The notes beneath the pieces were generated by a model that did not search any database, was not told the origin of the DNA, and saw nothing but the letters and a program-made list of their open reading frames with translations. The position numbers and the translations under genes were made by a program. Positions 40,683 to 50,486 of a stretch of 64,000 nucleotides of DNA are shown piece after piece. The DNA is from Cyanobacteriota bacterium (GTDB lineage Bacteria > Cyanobacteriota > Cyanobacteriia > Cyanobacteriales > Nostocaceae): positions 90,856-154,855 of the forward strand of contig JBJOKS010000010.1 in assembly GCA_046045965.1 (NCBI GenBank), in the 5' to 3' direction. Every line of letters begins with the position of its first letter. Position 1 is the first letter of the stretch.

Positions 40683-40683
40683 G

Positions 40684-40843
40684 TGACTGGGGACTGGGGA
40701 CTGGGGACTGGTGACTGGGGACTGGTGACTGGTGACTGGTGACAGAAAGAAATTTACCAATTACCAATTACCAATTACCAATTACCAATTACCAATTACC
40801 AATTACCTTTCACCAATGACTAATGACTAATGACTAATGACTC
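40684..40843. repeat. STRR tracts (GGGGACT/GGTGACT, ACCAATT, AATGACT)
   Basis: Three adjacent heptamer tracts. Confidence 0.9.
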
Positions 40844-40855
40844 ATCAGTAATAAA

Positions 40856-42586
40856 ATGAATTCAGGACAACCACTCGGTTCAGTCATCGAAGGTTCTCTC
40901 ACGGGAGGTTTAGAAGTGAGATTACACCCGGATATTTCAGTGGAAGATATGCGGGTGGGTAAATTTTTGGTGGTACAAGGTGTGCGATCGCGTTTTTTTT
41001 GTATGCTTACAGATGTATCCCTTGGTACTGCAAATGATCGGATTATTGCTAACCCTCCCGGTTGGGAAGATACTTTTTTGCGGGAGATTTTAGCCGGCAG
41101 CGGTACTTATGGGATGATTAACCTCGCACCCATGTTGATGTTTACCCCGGAAACTCATGAATTTTTCTCCTCCAGCAATGGTAAATCTCTCCATTCCTTT
41201 GTTCCATCTGCCAATGGTTTAGCATCATTCCAACCCCAAACCAGCACGACGATGGAATTGCTACCTGTTAAAACCATACCCAGTCACTTTAGCCAAGTTT
41301 ACGAAGCGAAGGAAGATGATTTCCGCAAGGTTTTTGGCTGGGAAGATGACCCCCACAGAAAAAACTTTTCTATCGGTAAACCCTTAGATATGGATGTACC
41401 GATTTGTATTGATTTAAACCGCTTCGTAGAACGGAGTAACGGCGTTTTTGGTAAATCTGGCACTGGTAAATCTTTTCTGACACGCTTACTTTTAGCAGGT
41501 GTAATTCGTAAAAATGCGGCTGTTAACTTAATTTTTGATATGCACTCAGAATATGGCTGGGAAGCAGTGGCAGAAGGTAAAGAAGTTAACACTGTCAAAG
41601 GTTTAAAACAGTTATTTCCCAGTAAAGTGGAAGTCTATACTCTTGACCCCGAATCAACTAAACGGCGAGGTGTCCGTGATGCTCACGAATTGTATCTCAG
41701 CTATGAACAAGTTGAAGTTGAAGATATTAAATTATGTAGTAGAGAGCTAGGACTTTCAGATGCAGCTTTAGACAATGCCAGTATTCTATTTAACGAATTG
41801 GGTAAATCTTGGATTCCTCAGTTATTCAATATGACGGGTGAGGATATTAAGATGTTCTGTGATGGCAAGCCAGGACATCCTGGTTCTATTACTTCATTGC
41901 AACGCAAGTTAATGCGTTTTGATAGTTTAAAATATATGCGGGCGACTTGTCCCCACAACTATATTAAAAAAATATTACAATCTCTCGAAGCAGGGAAAAA
42001 TGTTGTTATAGAATTTGGTTCCCAGTCGAATATGCTCTCTTATATGTTGGTGACTAATATGATCACCAGACGTATTCATGAGCATTATGTCAAACGAGCA
42101 GATAAGTTTCTGCAAAGTAAAAATCCATTGGATCGGCCAACGCCATTAATGATTACAATAGAGGAAGCACACCGCTTTCTTGACCCAGCAGTGGTACAAA
42201 GTACAATCTTTGGGACTATAGCTAGGGAATTAAGGAAATATTTCGTAACACTTTTGGTAGTTGATCAACGCCCGTCAGGGATAGATAATGAAGTTATGTC
42301 CCAAATTGGTACTCGCATCACTGCTCTGCTTAATGACGAAAAAGACATTGATGCAATTTTTACAGGTGTGTCTGGTGCAGGAGCTTTGCGCTCAGTCTTG
42401 GCCAAGTTAGACTCTAAACAACAAGCATTAATTTTAGGTCATGCCGTGCCAATGCCAGTAGTTGTGCGTACCCGTCCTTATGATTCAGCTTTTTATGCGG
42501 AAATTGGCGACCAAGCTTGGGAAGAAAAATCAGATGCAGAAGTTTTTGCGGCCGCAGAACTGGCTAAAGCCGACTTGGGTTTTTAG
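40856..42586 (+). CDS. HerA/FtsK-like ATPase (DUF87-type)
   Basis: N-terminal barrel, GKSGTGKS, FDMHSEY, IEEAHRF, RELRKY, QRPS. Confidence 0.85.
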   Translation: MNSGQPLGSVIEGSLTGGLEVRLHPDISVEDMRVGKFLVVQGVRSRFFCMLTDVSLGTANDRIIANPPGWEDTFLREILAGSGTYGMINLAPMLMFTPETHEFFSSSNGKSLHSFVPSANGLASFQPQTSTTMELLPVKTIPSHFSQVYEAKEDDFRKVFGWEDDPHRKNFSIGKPLDMDVPICIDLNRFVERSNGVFGKSGTGKSFLTRLLLAGVIRKNAAVNLIFDMHSEYGWEAVAEGKEVNTVKGLKQLFPSKVEVYTLDPESTKRRGVRDAHELYLSYEQVEVEDIKLCSRELGLSDAALDNASILFNELGKSWIPQLFNMTGEDIKMFCDGKPGHPGSITSLQRKLMRFDSLKYMRATCPHNYIKKILQSLEAGKNVVIEFGSQSNMLSYMLVTNMITRRIHEHYVKRADKFLQSKNPLDRPTPLMITIEEAHRFLDPAVVQSTIFGTIARELRKYFVTLLVVDQRPSGIDNEVMSQIGTRITALLNDEKDIDAIFTGVSGAGALRSVLAKLDSKQQALILGHAVPMPVVVRTRPYDSAFYAEIGDQAWEEKSDAEVFAAAELAKADLGF

Positions 42587-43150
42587 TAATTTGGGGTGAT
42601 TGGTGATTGGTGATAATAAGATATTACTTCCTGACTCCTGACTCCTGACTCCTGAATTCTTATAAATTTAGTAACATCCCTCCATCGGGGTAGCTTCACA
42701 AGTTCGGTTATCCGGCTACTTTTAAGCAACAGAAGAGGGGTTTTTAACGTCACTATAGATATAGTAATTTAAGGAACTTTAACACAAGATTTAGCAGTCA
42801 GCCCAATTTTGCTTTATAATAGGAAGATTTATCTGCTGCTCTTTACTATCTGCCAAATTTGCCGTACCATAAAAAAGTAAAACTCATACTGACTTCGGGT
42901 TTGACATATGCTGTCAGACACCCAAGAAAGGAAGAATTCTTGAAAACAAACCAGTGTGCTTCTAAGATATTCCAAAATTAAAGAAGGGTCGGGGAACCCG
43001 GTTCAGGGTAGCACCGTCGTGACAAAGGCTATATAAATTAATTGCTTATAGTAGCTCAGATGATGTCTATTGATGTGTATGCCACCCTTATCGATCCACC
43101 CTAGTTGAAAAAAGATTGATTTTGTTTAGGGAGTAGAGGACAACGCACCA

Positions 43151-44134
43151 ATGCCTACTGTTAACAGCGAAACTGACAACTTGAACGCCAAATTCACGGC
43201 GGATATGGTGCGAACCTATCTGCGGGAAATTGGTCGTGTGCCACTGCTAACCCGTGAGCAAGAGATTGTATATGGGAAGCAAGTGCAGCAAATGATGACA
43301 TTGCTGGAAGCTAAAGAAGATTTAGCTAAAAATCTTGACCATGAACCTAGTTTACCAGAATGGGCTGCCCATGTTAACCAATCTGAAAATGAAGTTAAAC
43401 ATACGGTGGCACAAGGTAAGCGAGCCAAGCAAAAAATGATTGAAGCGAATTTGCGCTTGGTGGTGGCGATCGCCAAAAAATACCAGAAGCGCAACATGGA
43501 ATTTCTGGATTTGATCCAGGAAGGAACCTTGGGTTTAGAAAGAGGTGTAGAGAAATTTGATCCCATGCGGGGTTATAAATTCTCAACCTACGCTTACTGG
43601 TGGATTCGGCAAGCCATTACGAGAGCGATCGCCCAACAAGGTCGCACCATCCGCTTACCTATCCATATTACCGAAAAGCTGAACAAAATTAAAAAAGTGC
43701 AGCGTGAGTTGGCGCAAAAGTTGGGAAGGTCGCCAACACCGACAGAAATTGCCAAAGAATTGGAATTAGAACCTGCTCAGATTCGTGAATATCTGAACAT
43801 GGCGCGTCAACCAGTATCCTTAGATGTGCGGGTTGGTGATAACCAAGATACCGAACTCCAAGAAATGCTGGAAGATGATGGACCATCGCCAGAATATTAC
43901 ACAACTCAGGAATTCTTGCGCCAAGACCTGAATAACCTGTTAGCAGAACTGACACCCCAACAGCGTGAAGTTTTAGCATTGCGCTTTGGTTTAGAAGATG
44001 GTAATGAAATGTCCTTAGCGAAAGTTGGTGAACGCTTAAACCTCAGCCGTGAGCGAGTTCGTCAACTAGAACATCAAGCACTTGCACATTTACGTCGCCG
44101 TCGCGCCAATGTTAAAGAATACGTTGCCAGCTAA
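43151..44134 (+). CDS. sigB2: Group 2 RNA polymerase sigma factor (SigB-type)
   Basis: DMVRTYLREIGR, ANLRLVV, KFSTYAYWWIRQAI, LSRERVRQ; no region 1.1; paralogue name is tentative. Confidence 0.8.
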   Translation: MPTVNSETDNLNAKFTADMVRTYLREIGRVPLLTREQEIVYGKQVQQMMTLLEAKEDLAKNLDHEPSLPEWAAHVNQSENEVKHTVAQGKRAKQKMIEANLRLVVAIAKKYQKRNMEFLDLIQEGTLGLERGVEKFDPMRGYKFSTYAYWWIRQAITRAIAQQGRTIRLPIHITEKLNKIKKVQRELAQKLGRSPTPTEIAKELELEPAQIREYLNMARQPVSLDVRVGDNQDTELQEMLEDDGPSPEYYTTQEFLRQDLNNLLAELTPQQREVLALRFGLEDGNEMSLAKVGERLNLSRERVRQLEHQALAHLRRRRANVKEYVAS

Positions 44135-44183
44135 AAGTATAGACAAGCAACGGCTTGTTAAGAAATATGACTTTTGGCGGTAC

Positions 44184-44212
44184 GCCTCCTATCTTTAGGG
44201 GGCTATTTTTTT
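44184..44212 (+). terminator. Rho-independent terminator after the sigma factor gene
   Basis: GCCTCCTA-tctt-TAGGGGGC followed by TATTTTTTT. Confidence 0.65.
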
Positions 44213-44213
44213 C

Positions 44214-44438
44214 ATGAGTCATTGGTCTGAAAGATTTATTCCCAATGACCATTATCCATTGTTAGCGCAAGTTTGTATTAATAAAGATGTGAATAAAGAT
44301 GATATTGGACAGTTAATGCTGTTTAATACTTCGGTTTTAGAATACAATGGCGATAACCGATGGAATTATCCTAACCCAGTGATAATCCAAAATGAATTCT
44401 TCCAAAATGCACTGGCAAGAGAAACAGAAGGAAATTAA
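44214..44438 (+). pseudogene. C-terminal remnant of a P-loop/AAA ATPase gene
   Basis: LFNTSVLEYNGDNRWNYPNPVI resembles the tail of cyanobacterial ATPases found upstream of TPR genes; no Walker motifs remain. Confidence 0.5.
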
Positions 44439-44772
44439 CTTGGAATTGGGGCAATTTATCGCCCTGAACAAAGATATTTTTGCAAAATTATTGAGATTTA
44501 TTGATTTTTCCGAAAAATTCACATTGGGATTTATTGAAATTAATTTTACTCCTGATTCAAAGTTATTACTTGAAGCATTAAAAACCAATCCTAAATGTGA
44601 AGAAATTCAATTTGTAATTTTCAAATGTCTATTAGGGCTACTTGCAGAAGCACAGGAAGATTATCAGGAAGCGAGGGTGAATTTACAAAAAGCGTTAGAT
44701 ATATATGTTGAATATAAAGATGAATATTGGGTGAATATTACGAGGGAAATTTTAGAGAAATTACCAGATTGA
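44392..44772 (+). pseudogene. Internally deleted TPR-containing protein gene
   Basis: N-terminal segment joined directly to a single terminal TPR (LGLLAEAQEDYQEARVNLQKALDIY). Confidence 0.5.
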
Positions 44773-44847
44773 TGTAATTTTGGCTTTTAAATTACTGTTA
44801 TCTTGGATAATACACTAAGTGAAATAATATGCAAAGGTGATGAGTGA

Positions 44848-45117
44848 GTGACAAATACAGACAACTTTCCTTATGATTTGACCGTTCATGCCCAACAAGT
44901 TATTACTGCACGGGAAATTCAACTAGAATGGATAACACGGGTATTAGCAGAACCCCAGAAAACAGAACCAGATCGGGAAGATCCAGAATTACGTCACGCT
45001 TTAGCTCGCATTCCTGAAAATGGCAATAGAGTATTGCGTGTTGTATATAATGAAAATAAAGAACCTTGGCGAATTATCACGGTTTATTTTGATCGCACCC
45101 AAAGGAATAAAATATGA
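44848..45117 (+). CDS. DUF4258 family putative toxin
   Basis: TVHAQ...R.I, RVLRVVY, IITVYFDR. Confidence 0.75.
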   Translation: MTNTDNFPYDLTVHAQQVITAREIQLEWITRVLAEPQKTEPDREDPELRHALARIPENGNRVLRVVYNENKEPWRIITVYFDRTQRNKI

Positions 45118-45317
45118 AAGTACATATTGATGAAGAAGCGGATGCTCTCTATTTGCGTCTGGATGAATCAAAAATTATTGAATCTGAAGAAGTTTATCCA
45201 GGAATTGTGCTTGATTTTAATGAACAAAATCAGGTTGTAGGTATTGAAGTTTTACAGTTATCAAGTAGAATAAATCTGACAACAAAAAATATAAAAGTTG
45301 AAATTTCTCAATCTTGA
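45114..45317 (+). CDS. DUF2283 family putative antitoxin
   Basis: DEEADALYLRL, VLDF...VVGIEVL; ATGA overlap. Confidence 0.8.
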   Translation: MKVHIDEEADALYLRLDESKIIESEEVYPGIVLDFNEQNQVVGIEVLQLSSRINLTTKNIKVEISQS

Positions 45318-45339
45318 ATTATAGAAAAATTATAACTTT

Positions 45340-45436
45340 TTAAAGCACTTCCCATTCATCTCTCGTAAAAATTACCATCCTCTAAAAGTTCATATTTGGC
45401 TGTGTTTAAGGCTGCTTGAATGTAGTCTGTTATCAT
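45340..45436 (-). pseudogene. Collapsed hicB-hicA-like toxin-antitoxin relic
   Basis: MITDYIQAALNTAKYELLEDGNFY (HicB-like N-terminus) fused out of frame to TRDEWEVL* (HicA-like C-terminus). Confidence 0.55.
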
Positions 45437-45496
45437 TATTTTATTTTGTCTAACGCACTCTATCAGGACGGGGAAAAACCGCCCCTACATTATAAA

Positions 45497-45765
45497 TTAT
45501 TTGGCTGGGGGTAAAGTTCCGCCACTAGCAGCAGGTGGTTCTGTATAATCGCAAAAGATATTTACGCCTATTTTGAGGATATACAAAACTATCACAGTCG
45601 CGATACCCTCATTATGGCTAGACCGTTTTTTTCTGTCCATAAATCTTGAAAAGCTGTTTCCATGTCGCCATTGTGCTTTTCTAAATGCTCCATAGCTTCC
45701 AGTCCGGGGGTATAATGGGGCATTAATTCCCGCATAGCTTGTATTTCGGTGTTAGTGATTTGCAT
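45497..45765 (-). pseudogene. Frameshifted or internally deleted hypothetical gene
   Basis: Frame 1 MQITNTEI...stops at 45592; frame 2 continues IATVIVLYILKIGVNIFCDYTEPP...AK* to 45497. Confidence 0.55.
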
Positions 45766-46296
45766 AAATAATCCAGTCTTTTTACCGAGTAGTGTCAAAA
45801 TTAACTACATTTCAGAGATTAGCATTTCACTTACCCAATAATTTTTACTGAATTTTCCTTCATCTCGTCCGAAATACCTGAGCTTGCTGTTGTAGTTAAT
45901 CATCATAGTGAGAATCAACAAGGTTTAAATCAAGGTTGCATATCACAATTTGAAAGCAAATCAAGTGATCAGGATCAACACCTTACCTGTTCTCACCCAT
46001 TGAGAAATGTACAACTAAAATGTCAAACTCAAAATATCTCAAACATTTTATCAAAATTTGTAAAAGTAGATTTGTCATCCCCCTAAAGATTGAATTATGT
46101 GGGTGAGGCATGAAATTTTTTAACAATGATATTTTGAGATTACCAAGCAAAAAATCCATAAAAACTTCATTTTTTGATGGGTTTTTATTACAGATAATAT
46201 ATATAAAACCTTTGATGGAATGCCGAAGTATCAATGTTTGGTTATGATGCAAGTAATTTGAAAACGAGTAGTAGATTTTATTACAGGAGAATTCGG

Positions 46297-47007
46297 GTGC
46301 TTAACAAAAATTCTAAGTTTATTACCCAAGATAAGTGGAAATTTCCCGCTGTGGGACTGCTAATTGCTGTTGGTATTTTAGGTTTAGGTGTAATTGGTGA
46401 ACAAACAAAAATTCACCTTAAATCTACAGTCGTAGCGGCTGATTTACCAAGTTATACAAATCACATTCAGAGTAGTAATGAAAACTCTCTTTTGTCGAAA
46501 CTGAGAGATTTTAGAGATCAAAGAAGTCAACTTCAACCACATACTATTGATCCTCACAATTTACCATCTGAAGCTTTGACCAGAAATATTGACAAAATAC
46601 CCACAACTACAAGACAACTGCCAGAAAAATCACCTGTAAATTTTCCTGAAAAAGACGGAATTTATCTTTATGGTCAGTCTTCAGAACCAAACCAGTTAGG
46701 ACAAGGTTATATTGTATTTCAGAAACAGCAAGGTAAGGTAATTGGTGCTTTGTATATGCCCAGTTCTGAGTTTAGTTGTTTTCAGGGTACAATTGCTAAA
46801 TCTGGTGAATTAGCAATGACAGTCACTAGCTCCCCAGGTGAAAAGGGTGTGGTTCAAGTTTCTACTACTAGCAGAATACCCAGATTAACTGATGATAATG
46901 ATGTAACTTACGCCCATTCTGTAGCATTGCGAGACTACCATCAGTTAGCATCTGTTAGTGATAATGATCAGCAAATTTTACAAACCTGTAGTCAAGAGTT
47001 AAGGTAA
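46297..47007 (+). CDS. Hypothetical membrane-anchored protein
   Basis: N-terminal TM, DGIYLYGQS..P.QLGQGY, SEFSCF; GTG 46297 after AGGAG. Confidence 0.75.
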   Translation: MLNKNSKFITQDKWKFPAVGLLIAVGILGLGVIGEQTKIHLKSTVVAADLPSYTNHIQSSNENSLLSKLRDFRDQRSQLQPHTIDPHNLPSEALTRNIDKIPTTTRQLPEKSPVNFPEKDGIYLYGQSSEPNQLGQGYIVFQKQQGKVIGALYMPSSEFSCFQGTIAKSGELAMTVTSSPGEKGVVQVSTTSRIPRLTDDNDVTYAHSVALRDYHQLASVSDNDQQILQTCSQELR

Positions 47008-47030
47008 GGATTCAGCTATTAGTCTAATTT

Positions 47031-47105
47031 GGGCGATTAGAAAGATGCCTCCGGCACGCTACGCGAACACATCTACACAGACAAAACCTGCCTACGCAGG
47101 TTTGA
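47031..47105. repeat. Composite small dispersed repeat / hairpin
   Basis: GC-rich insert gatgcctccggcacgctacgcgaac followed by hairpin AAACCTGC-ctac-GCAGGTTT. Confidence 0.45.
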
Positions 47106-47135
47106 AAGCCGTTCACCCCTCCTGACTCCTTGGGT

Positions 47136-47831
47136 TTAATACTCAATTCCTGCTTGGGCTTTAACACCTTGATCTTTGAAAGGATGCTTAATTAATGTCA
47201 TTTCTGTGACTAAATCTGCCTTTTCAATTAAAGCCGGTGGTGCGCCTCTACCTGTAAGAATTACGTGTTTATCTGGTGGTTTTTGGGCTAAACCTGCTAA
47301 TACTTGTTCAACTTCTAAGTAACCTAATTTGAGCGCAATGTTAATTTCATCCAATAATACCAGTTTAAAGTCTGGGTTGCGGATGAATTCTAATGATTTA
47401 TCCCAAGCAGCACTGGCTTTATCTAAGTCGCGATCGCGATCTTGAGTTTCCCAAGTGAAACCTTCACCCATTGCGTGAAATTCTAATTGGTCTGGCCAAT
47501 GACTAAAAACTCTTTTTTCTGAAGGTTCCCAAGCGCCTTTAATAAATTGAACGATCGCTACTTTATATCCATGACCAAGCGATCGCATCACCATACCCAA
47601 AGCCGCAGTGGTTTTACCCTTACCATGACCAGTATTGACAATAATTAACCCTTTTTCTGGTTTTGCTTTGGCTATACGTTGGTCTTGTATTTCTTTACGA
47701 CGCTGCATTTTTTTGCGGTATTGTTCATCATTCAGGGATGATGTTGAAGATGACATTACCTCATCAATCAAACGGGAAAGTTCTTGATCGGAATTATCTG
47801 AATTTAATTCTGCTGGTGAGTCGTTTTTCAT
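47136..47831 (-). CDS. cobO: Cob(I)yrinic acid a,c-diamide adenosyltransferase
   Basis: TGHGKGKTTAA, QFIKG, LDEIN, LTGR, KHPF..G..AQAGIEY. Confidence 0.95.
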   Translation of the reverse strand: MKNDSPAELNSDNSDQELSRLIDEVMSSSTSSLNDEQYRKKMQRRKEIQDQRIAKAKPEKGLIIVNTGHGKGKTTAALGMVMRSLGHGYKVAIVQFIKGAWEPSEKRVFSHWPDQLEFHAMGEGFTWETQDRDRDLDKASAAWDKSLEFIRNPDFKLVLLDEINIALKLGYLEVEQVLAGLAQKPPDKHVILTGRGAPPALIEKADLVTEMTLIKHPFKDQGVKAQAGIEY

Positions 47832-48038
47832 AAACCCTATTGATAAATAACTGTTAAGACTAAGAGAATGAAGTATAATTTTTTTGTCTTTAGTAAAGTT
47901 ACACTAAAAATGATATAAATTCTGTAAGCTGTGATCTTAATAATTCAAAATTGTCAGAATTTATTTTTTTGGTAATTTTTAATCATAAGCACTTCTGCTT
48001 CCAGTTGCTGACATTCTTCTTGATATGCAGCTTGGTTT

Positions 48039-48389
48039 TTACAGAGGAAGATAGTAAATTTGTCCCGCCAATTCCTCTTCTAAACAGCACTCTATTAGAA
48101 GTAAAATATCTTCTATCACCTGCCCAATTCTTGCATCTGTAACAACTTCAATAACTCCTGGCATGGGCTGACCTTGTGAGATTCGTTTATAGGCATAGCT
48201 TGTAATTGTAGCAACATCATGAGTAAGTAAAACTCGGTTTTCTTGGGCTGCCCATGCTAGGATAGTTGGGTCATCTTCACCCAAAAGACCAACATCTTGG
48301 ACTCTGACAATATCAATATTTGAGTTACGTCGCCACAATCCCCTCACAATAGTATTATCAAAATTCTCGTCAGCAAGCAGTTTTAACAT
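48039..48389 (-). CDS. DUF5615 PIN-like putative toxin
   Basis: LLADEN, DDPTILAWA, RVLLTHD, PGVI. Confidence 0.85.
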   Translation of the reverse strand: MLKLLADENFDNTIVRGLWRRNSNIDIVRVQDVGLLGEDDPTILAWAAQENRVLLTHDVATITSYAYKRISQGQPMPGVIEVVTDARIGQVIEDILLLIECCLEEELAGQIYYLPL

Positions 48390-48742
48390 ACTTCCCGTTC
48401 TGCTTTCCGCGCCAGTAGTCTATCACGCAACCCTTGGGAATCAAATCTGGCCTCATTTATTCTACGAATTTCCTGTGCTTGTTGCTGTCTTTGCTGTAAA
48501 TACACTTCCACTTCTTGTTGATGATTGAGATAGAAGGCAATTGTAGCATAAATATCAGCAAGTTTAAGGGATGGATAACGGTAAGCAATTTCCTCTGCTG
48601 TTGTTCCTTGTTTAAAAACAGCAATTACCGTATCGAGTGTTACACGAGTTTTGCCTATCCTAATCACACCATCGGTGGTAAATTCCAATGGTGGGGGTTC
48701 AGATGCGATTCCTTCAGAGAGATTCACTAACGCTTGTGCCAT
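48383..48742 (-). CDS. DUF433 family putative antitoxin
   Basis: RIGKTRVTLDTV, G.TAEEI..YPSL.LADIYA; probable ATG 48742. Confidence 0.85.
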   Translation of the reverse strand: MAQALVNLSEGIASEPPPLEFTTDGVIRIGKTRVTLDTVIAVFKQGTTAEEIAYRYPSLKLADIYATIAFYLNHQQEVEVYLQQRQQQAQEIRRINEARFDSQGLRDRLLARKAEREVC

Positions 48743-48959
48743 AATTAATAACAAGTTAGTTATGTTTAATAATAGCAAATATTGGTTTAGATATACCTTT
48801 GGATTTACTCCCATAGAAATACAAAACTGGATGACTCCCGAAGTATTCTCTTGAGCATTGCCGATAATTGATATCGCTACATAACATTTTAGCAACTTCC
48901 GTAGATTTGAATGCGATAACATTAGATTCAGTGTATTTACTATTCAGGATTTCCCGAAA

Positions 48960-50108
48960 ATGTCAAAACTGCAAGGTAAGAAAATTGCACCCATACCCAT
49001 GTCAGCCGACATTAGTGTGGTTGATTTAATTAACAATTACTTTACCGCTTACAACTCAGCCCGGTTACGCGAAGCTTGTCAATTACTAAGTCAGGATATC
49101 TTTCAACCCGGTGTCACCGTTGGGGTGAGTCTTTCCGGTGCTTTGACACCAGCAGGTTTTGGAGTTTCCGCCTTAGCACCTTTAATTCGTCATGGTTGCA
49201 TTGATTGGATGATTAGCACTGGTGCAAATCTTTACCATGATATGCACTATGGTTTAGGTTTTGAATTGTTTGCTGGTAGTCCGTTTTTAGATGATGTCAA
49301 ATTACGGGAAGAAGGAACAATCCGTATTTATGACATTATTTTTGGCTATGATGTCTTATTAGAAACTGACGCTTTTATCCGTAAAGTTCTCCAAGCTGAA
49401 CCTTTTCAAAAGCGCATGGGAACGGCTGAATTTCATTATTTGCTGGGTAAATATGTACGGGAAGTAGAAAAACAATTAGGTGTACAACATTCCTGTTTGT
49501 TAGCCACAGCTTATGAATATGGCGTACCGATTTATACTTCTTCCCCTGGTGATAGTTCTATAGGTATGAATGTGGCAGCGTTAGCTTTAGAGGGTTCTAA
49601 GTTGGTGTTAGATCCAGCTATTGACGTGAATGAAACTGCGGCGATCGCCTACGCTGCACGGGAAACAGACGGTAAAAGCGCGGCTGTAATTCTTGGTGGT
49701 GGCAGTCCTAAGAACTTTTTGTTACAAACACAACCGCAAATTCACGAGGTTTTGGGATTAGAAGAAAGAGGACATGACTTCTTTGTCCAGTTTACCGATG
49801 CACGACCAGATACAGGCGGTTTATCGGGTGCGACTCCAGCAGAAGCGGTGAGTTGGGGTAAAATTGACCCAGACGAGTTACCGAGTACGATAGTTTGTTA
49901 TACCGATAGTACAATTGCGCTGCCTTTGGTAACAGCTTATGTTTTGAATCAGTGCGAACCTCGTCCTTTAAAGCGGTTGTATGATAGACGGGGAGAGTTG
50001 TTAGATACTTTGCAAAAAGATTATTTAGCAGCTAAGGATAACCCGGTAGTTAAAGAAGGTGCAGAGGAAGTAGCGACTTATCCCTGCGGTACGCCGGTGA
50101 AACGTTAA
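48960..50108 (+). CDS. speY: Deoxyhypusine-synthase-like homospermidine synthase
   Basis: [37 protein letters not shown]. Confidence 0.85.
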   Translation: MSKLQGKKIAPIPMSADISVVDLINNYFTAYNSARLREACQLLSQDIFQPGVTVGVSLSGALTPAGFGVSALAPLIRHGCIDWMISTGANLYHDMHYGLGFELFAGSPFLDDVKLREEGTIRIYDIIFGYDVLLETDAFIRKVLQAEPFQKRMGTAEFHYLLGKYVREVEKQLGVQHSCLLATAYEYGVPIYTSSPGDSSIGMNVAALALEGSKLVLDPAIDVNETAAIAYAARETDGKSAAVILGGGSPKNFLLQTQPQIHEVLGLEERGHDFFVQFTDARPDTGGLSGATPAEAVSWGKIDPDELPSTIVCYTDSTIALPLVTAYVLNQCEPRPLKRLYDRRGELLDTLQKDYLAAKDNPVVKEGAEEVATYPCGTPVKR

Positions 50109-50184
50109 GGTTTTGTGTAATATTGTGGGTTTGTGGGCGATCGCTTTTCCAGGTGTATCGCCCCTGTATTGGTTCATTCAATGT

Positions 50185-50349
50185 CTATTTATTACTTTGC
50201 TTTGTGATTGCTTGTTTTACTACTTCGATCTCTAACTCAAGTATACGAGCAATTTGTTCTACAGTTAGCCCCTCATTTAACAGTCTAGGAATGGTTTTTA
50301 ACTTAGTTTCTTCTTTTACTTCTTGATAAAAGTGGGTTTTTTGCCATTC
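50185..50349 (-). pseudogene. Orphan Rpn/DUF2887 C-terminal fragment
   Basis: EWQKTHFYQEVKEETKLKTIPRLLNEGLTVEQIARILELEIEVVKQA aligns by eye with the tail of 1846-2649; no in-frame ATG. Confidence 0.65.
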
Positions 50350-50420
50350 TATTTTGATTTGTCGATTAATGTTAATCCTTAAATCCTGGAAATCCTGATT
50401 ATAACAGTTTTATTAACCAT

Positions 50421-50459
50421 AAAAAAACACCCATCCAGTTATTTTCCTGAATGGGTATT
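50421..50459 (-). terminator. Rho-independent terminator of the SDR operon
   Basis: Minus strand ACCCATTCAG...CTGGATGGGT followed by GTTTTTTT. Confidence 0.6.
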
Positions 50460-50486
50460 AATCACAAAAAATCTACAATTCAATTA

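Noticed and set aside
42660..43150. Riboswitch or ncRNA in the long leader of the sigma factor gene
   Set aside because: Some short hairpins, but no recognisable riboswitch consensus or terminator; cannot be supported without a covariance search
44170..44212. Possible IS605 left end
   Set aside because: Better explained as the intrinsic terminator of the sigma factor gene (stem plus T-tract)
45983..46252. 89-aa minus-strand ORF
   Set aside because: Low-complexity AT-rich translation across the promoter region of the next gene, with no supporting features
48743..48922. Extended N-terminus of the DUF433 ORF
   Set aside because: It overlaps the speY promoter region and lacks family features; ATG 48742 gives a typical size
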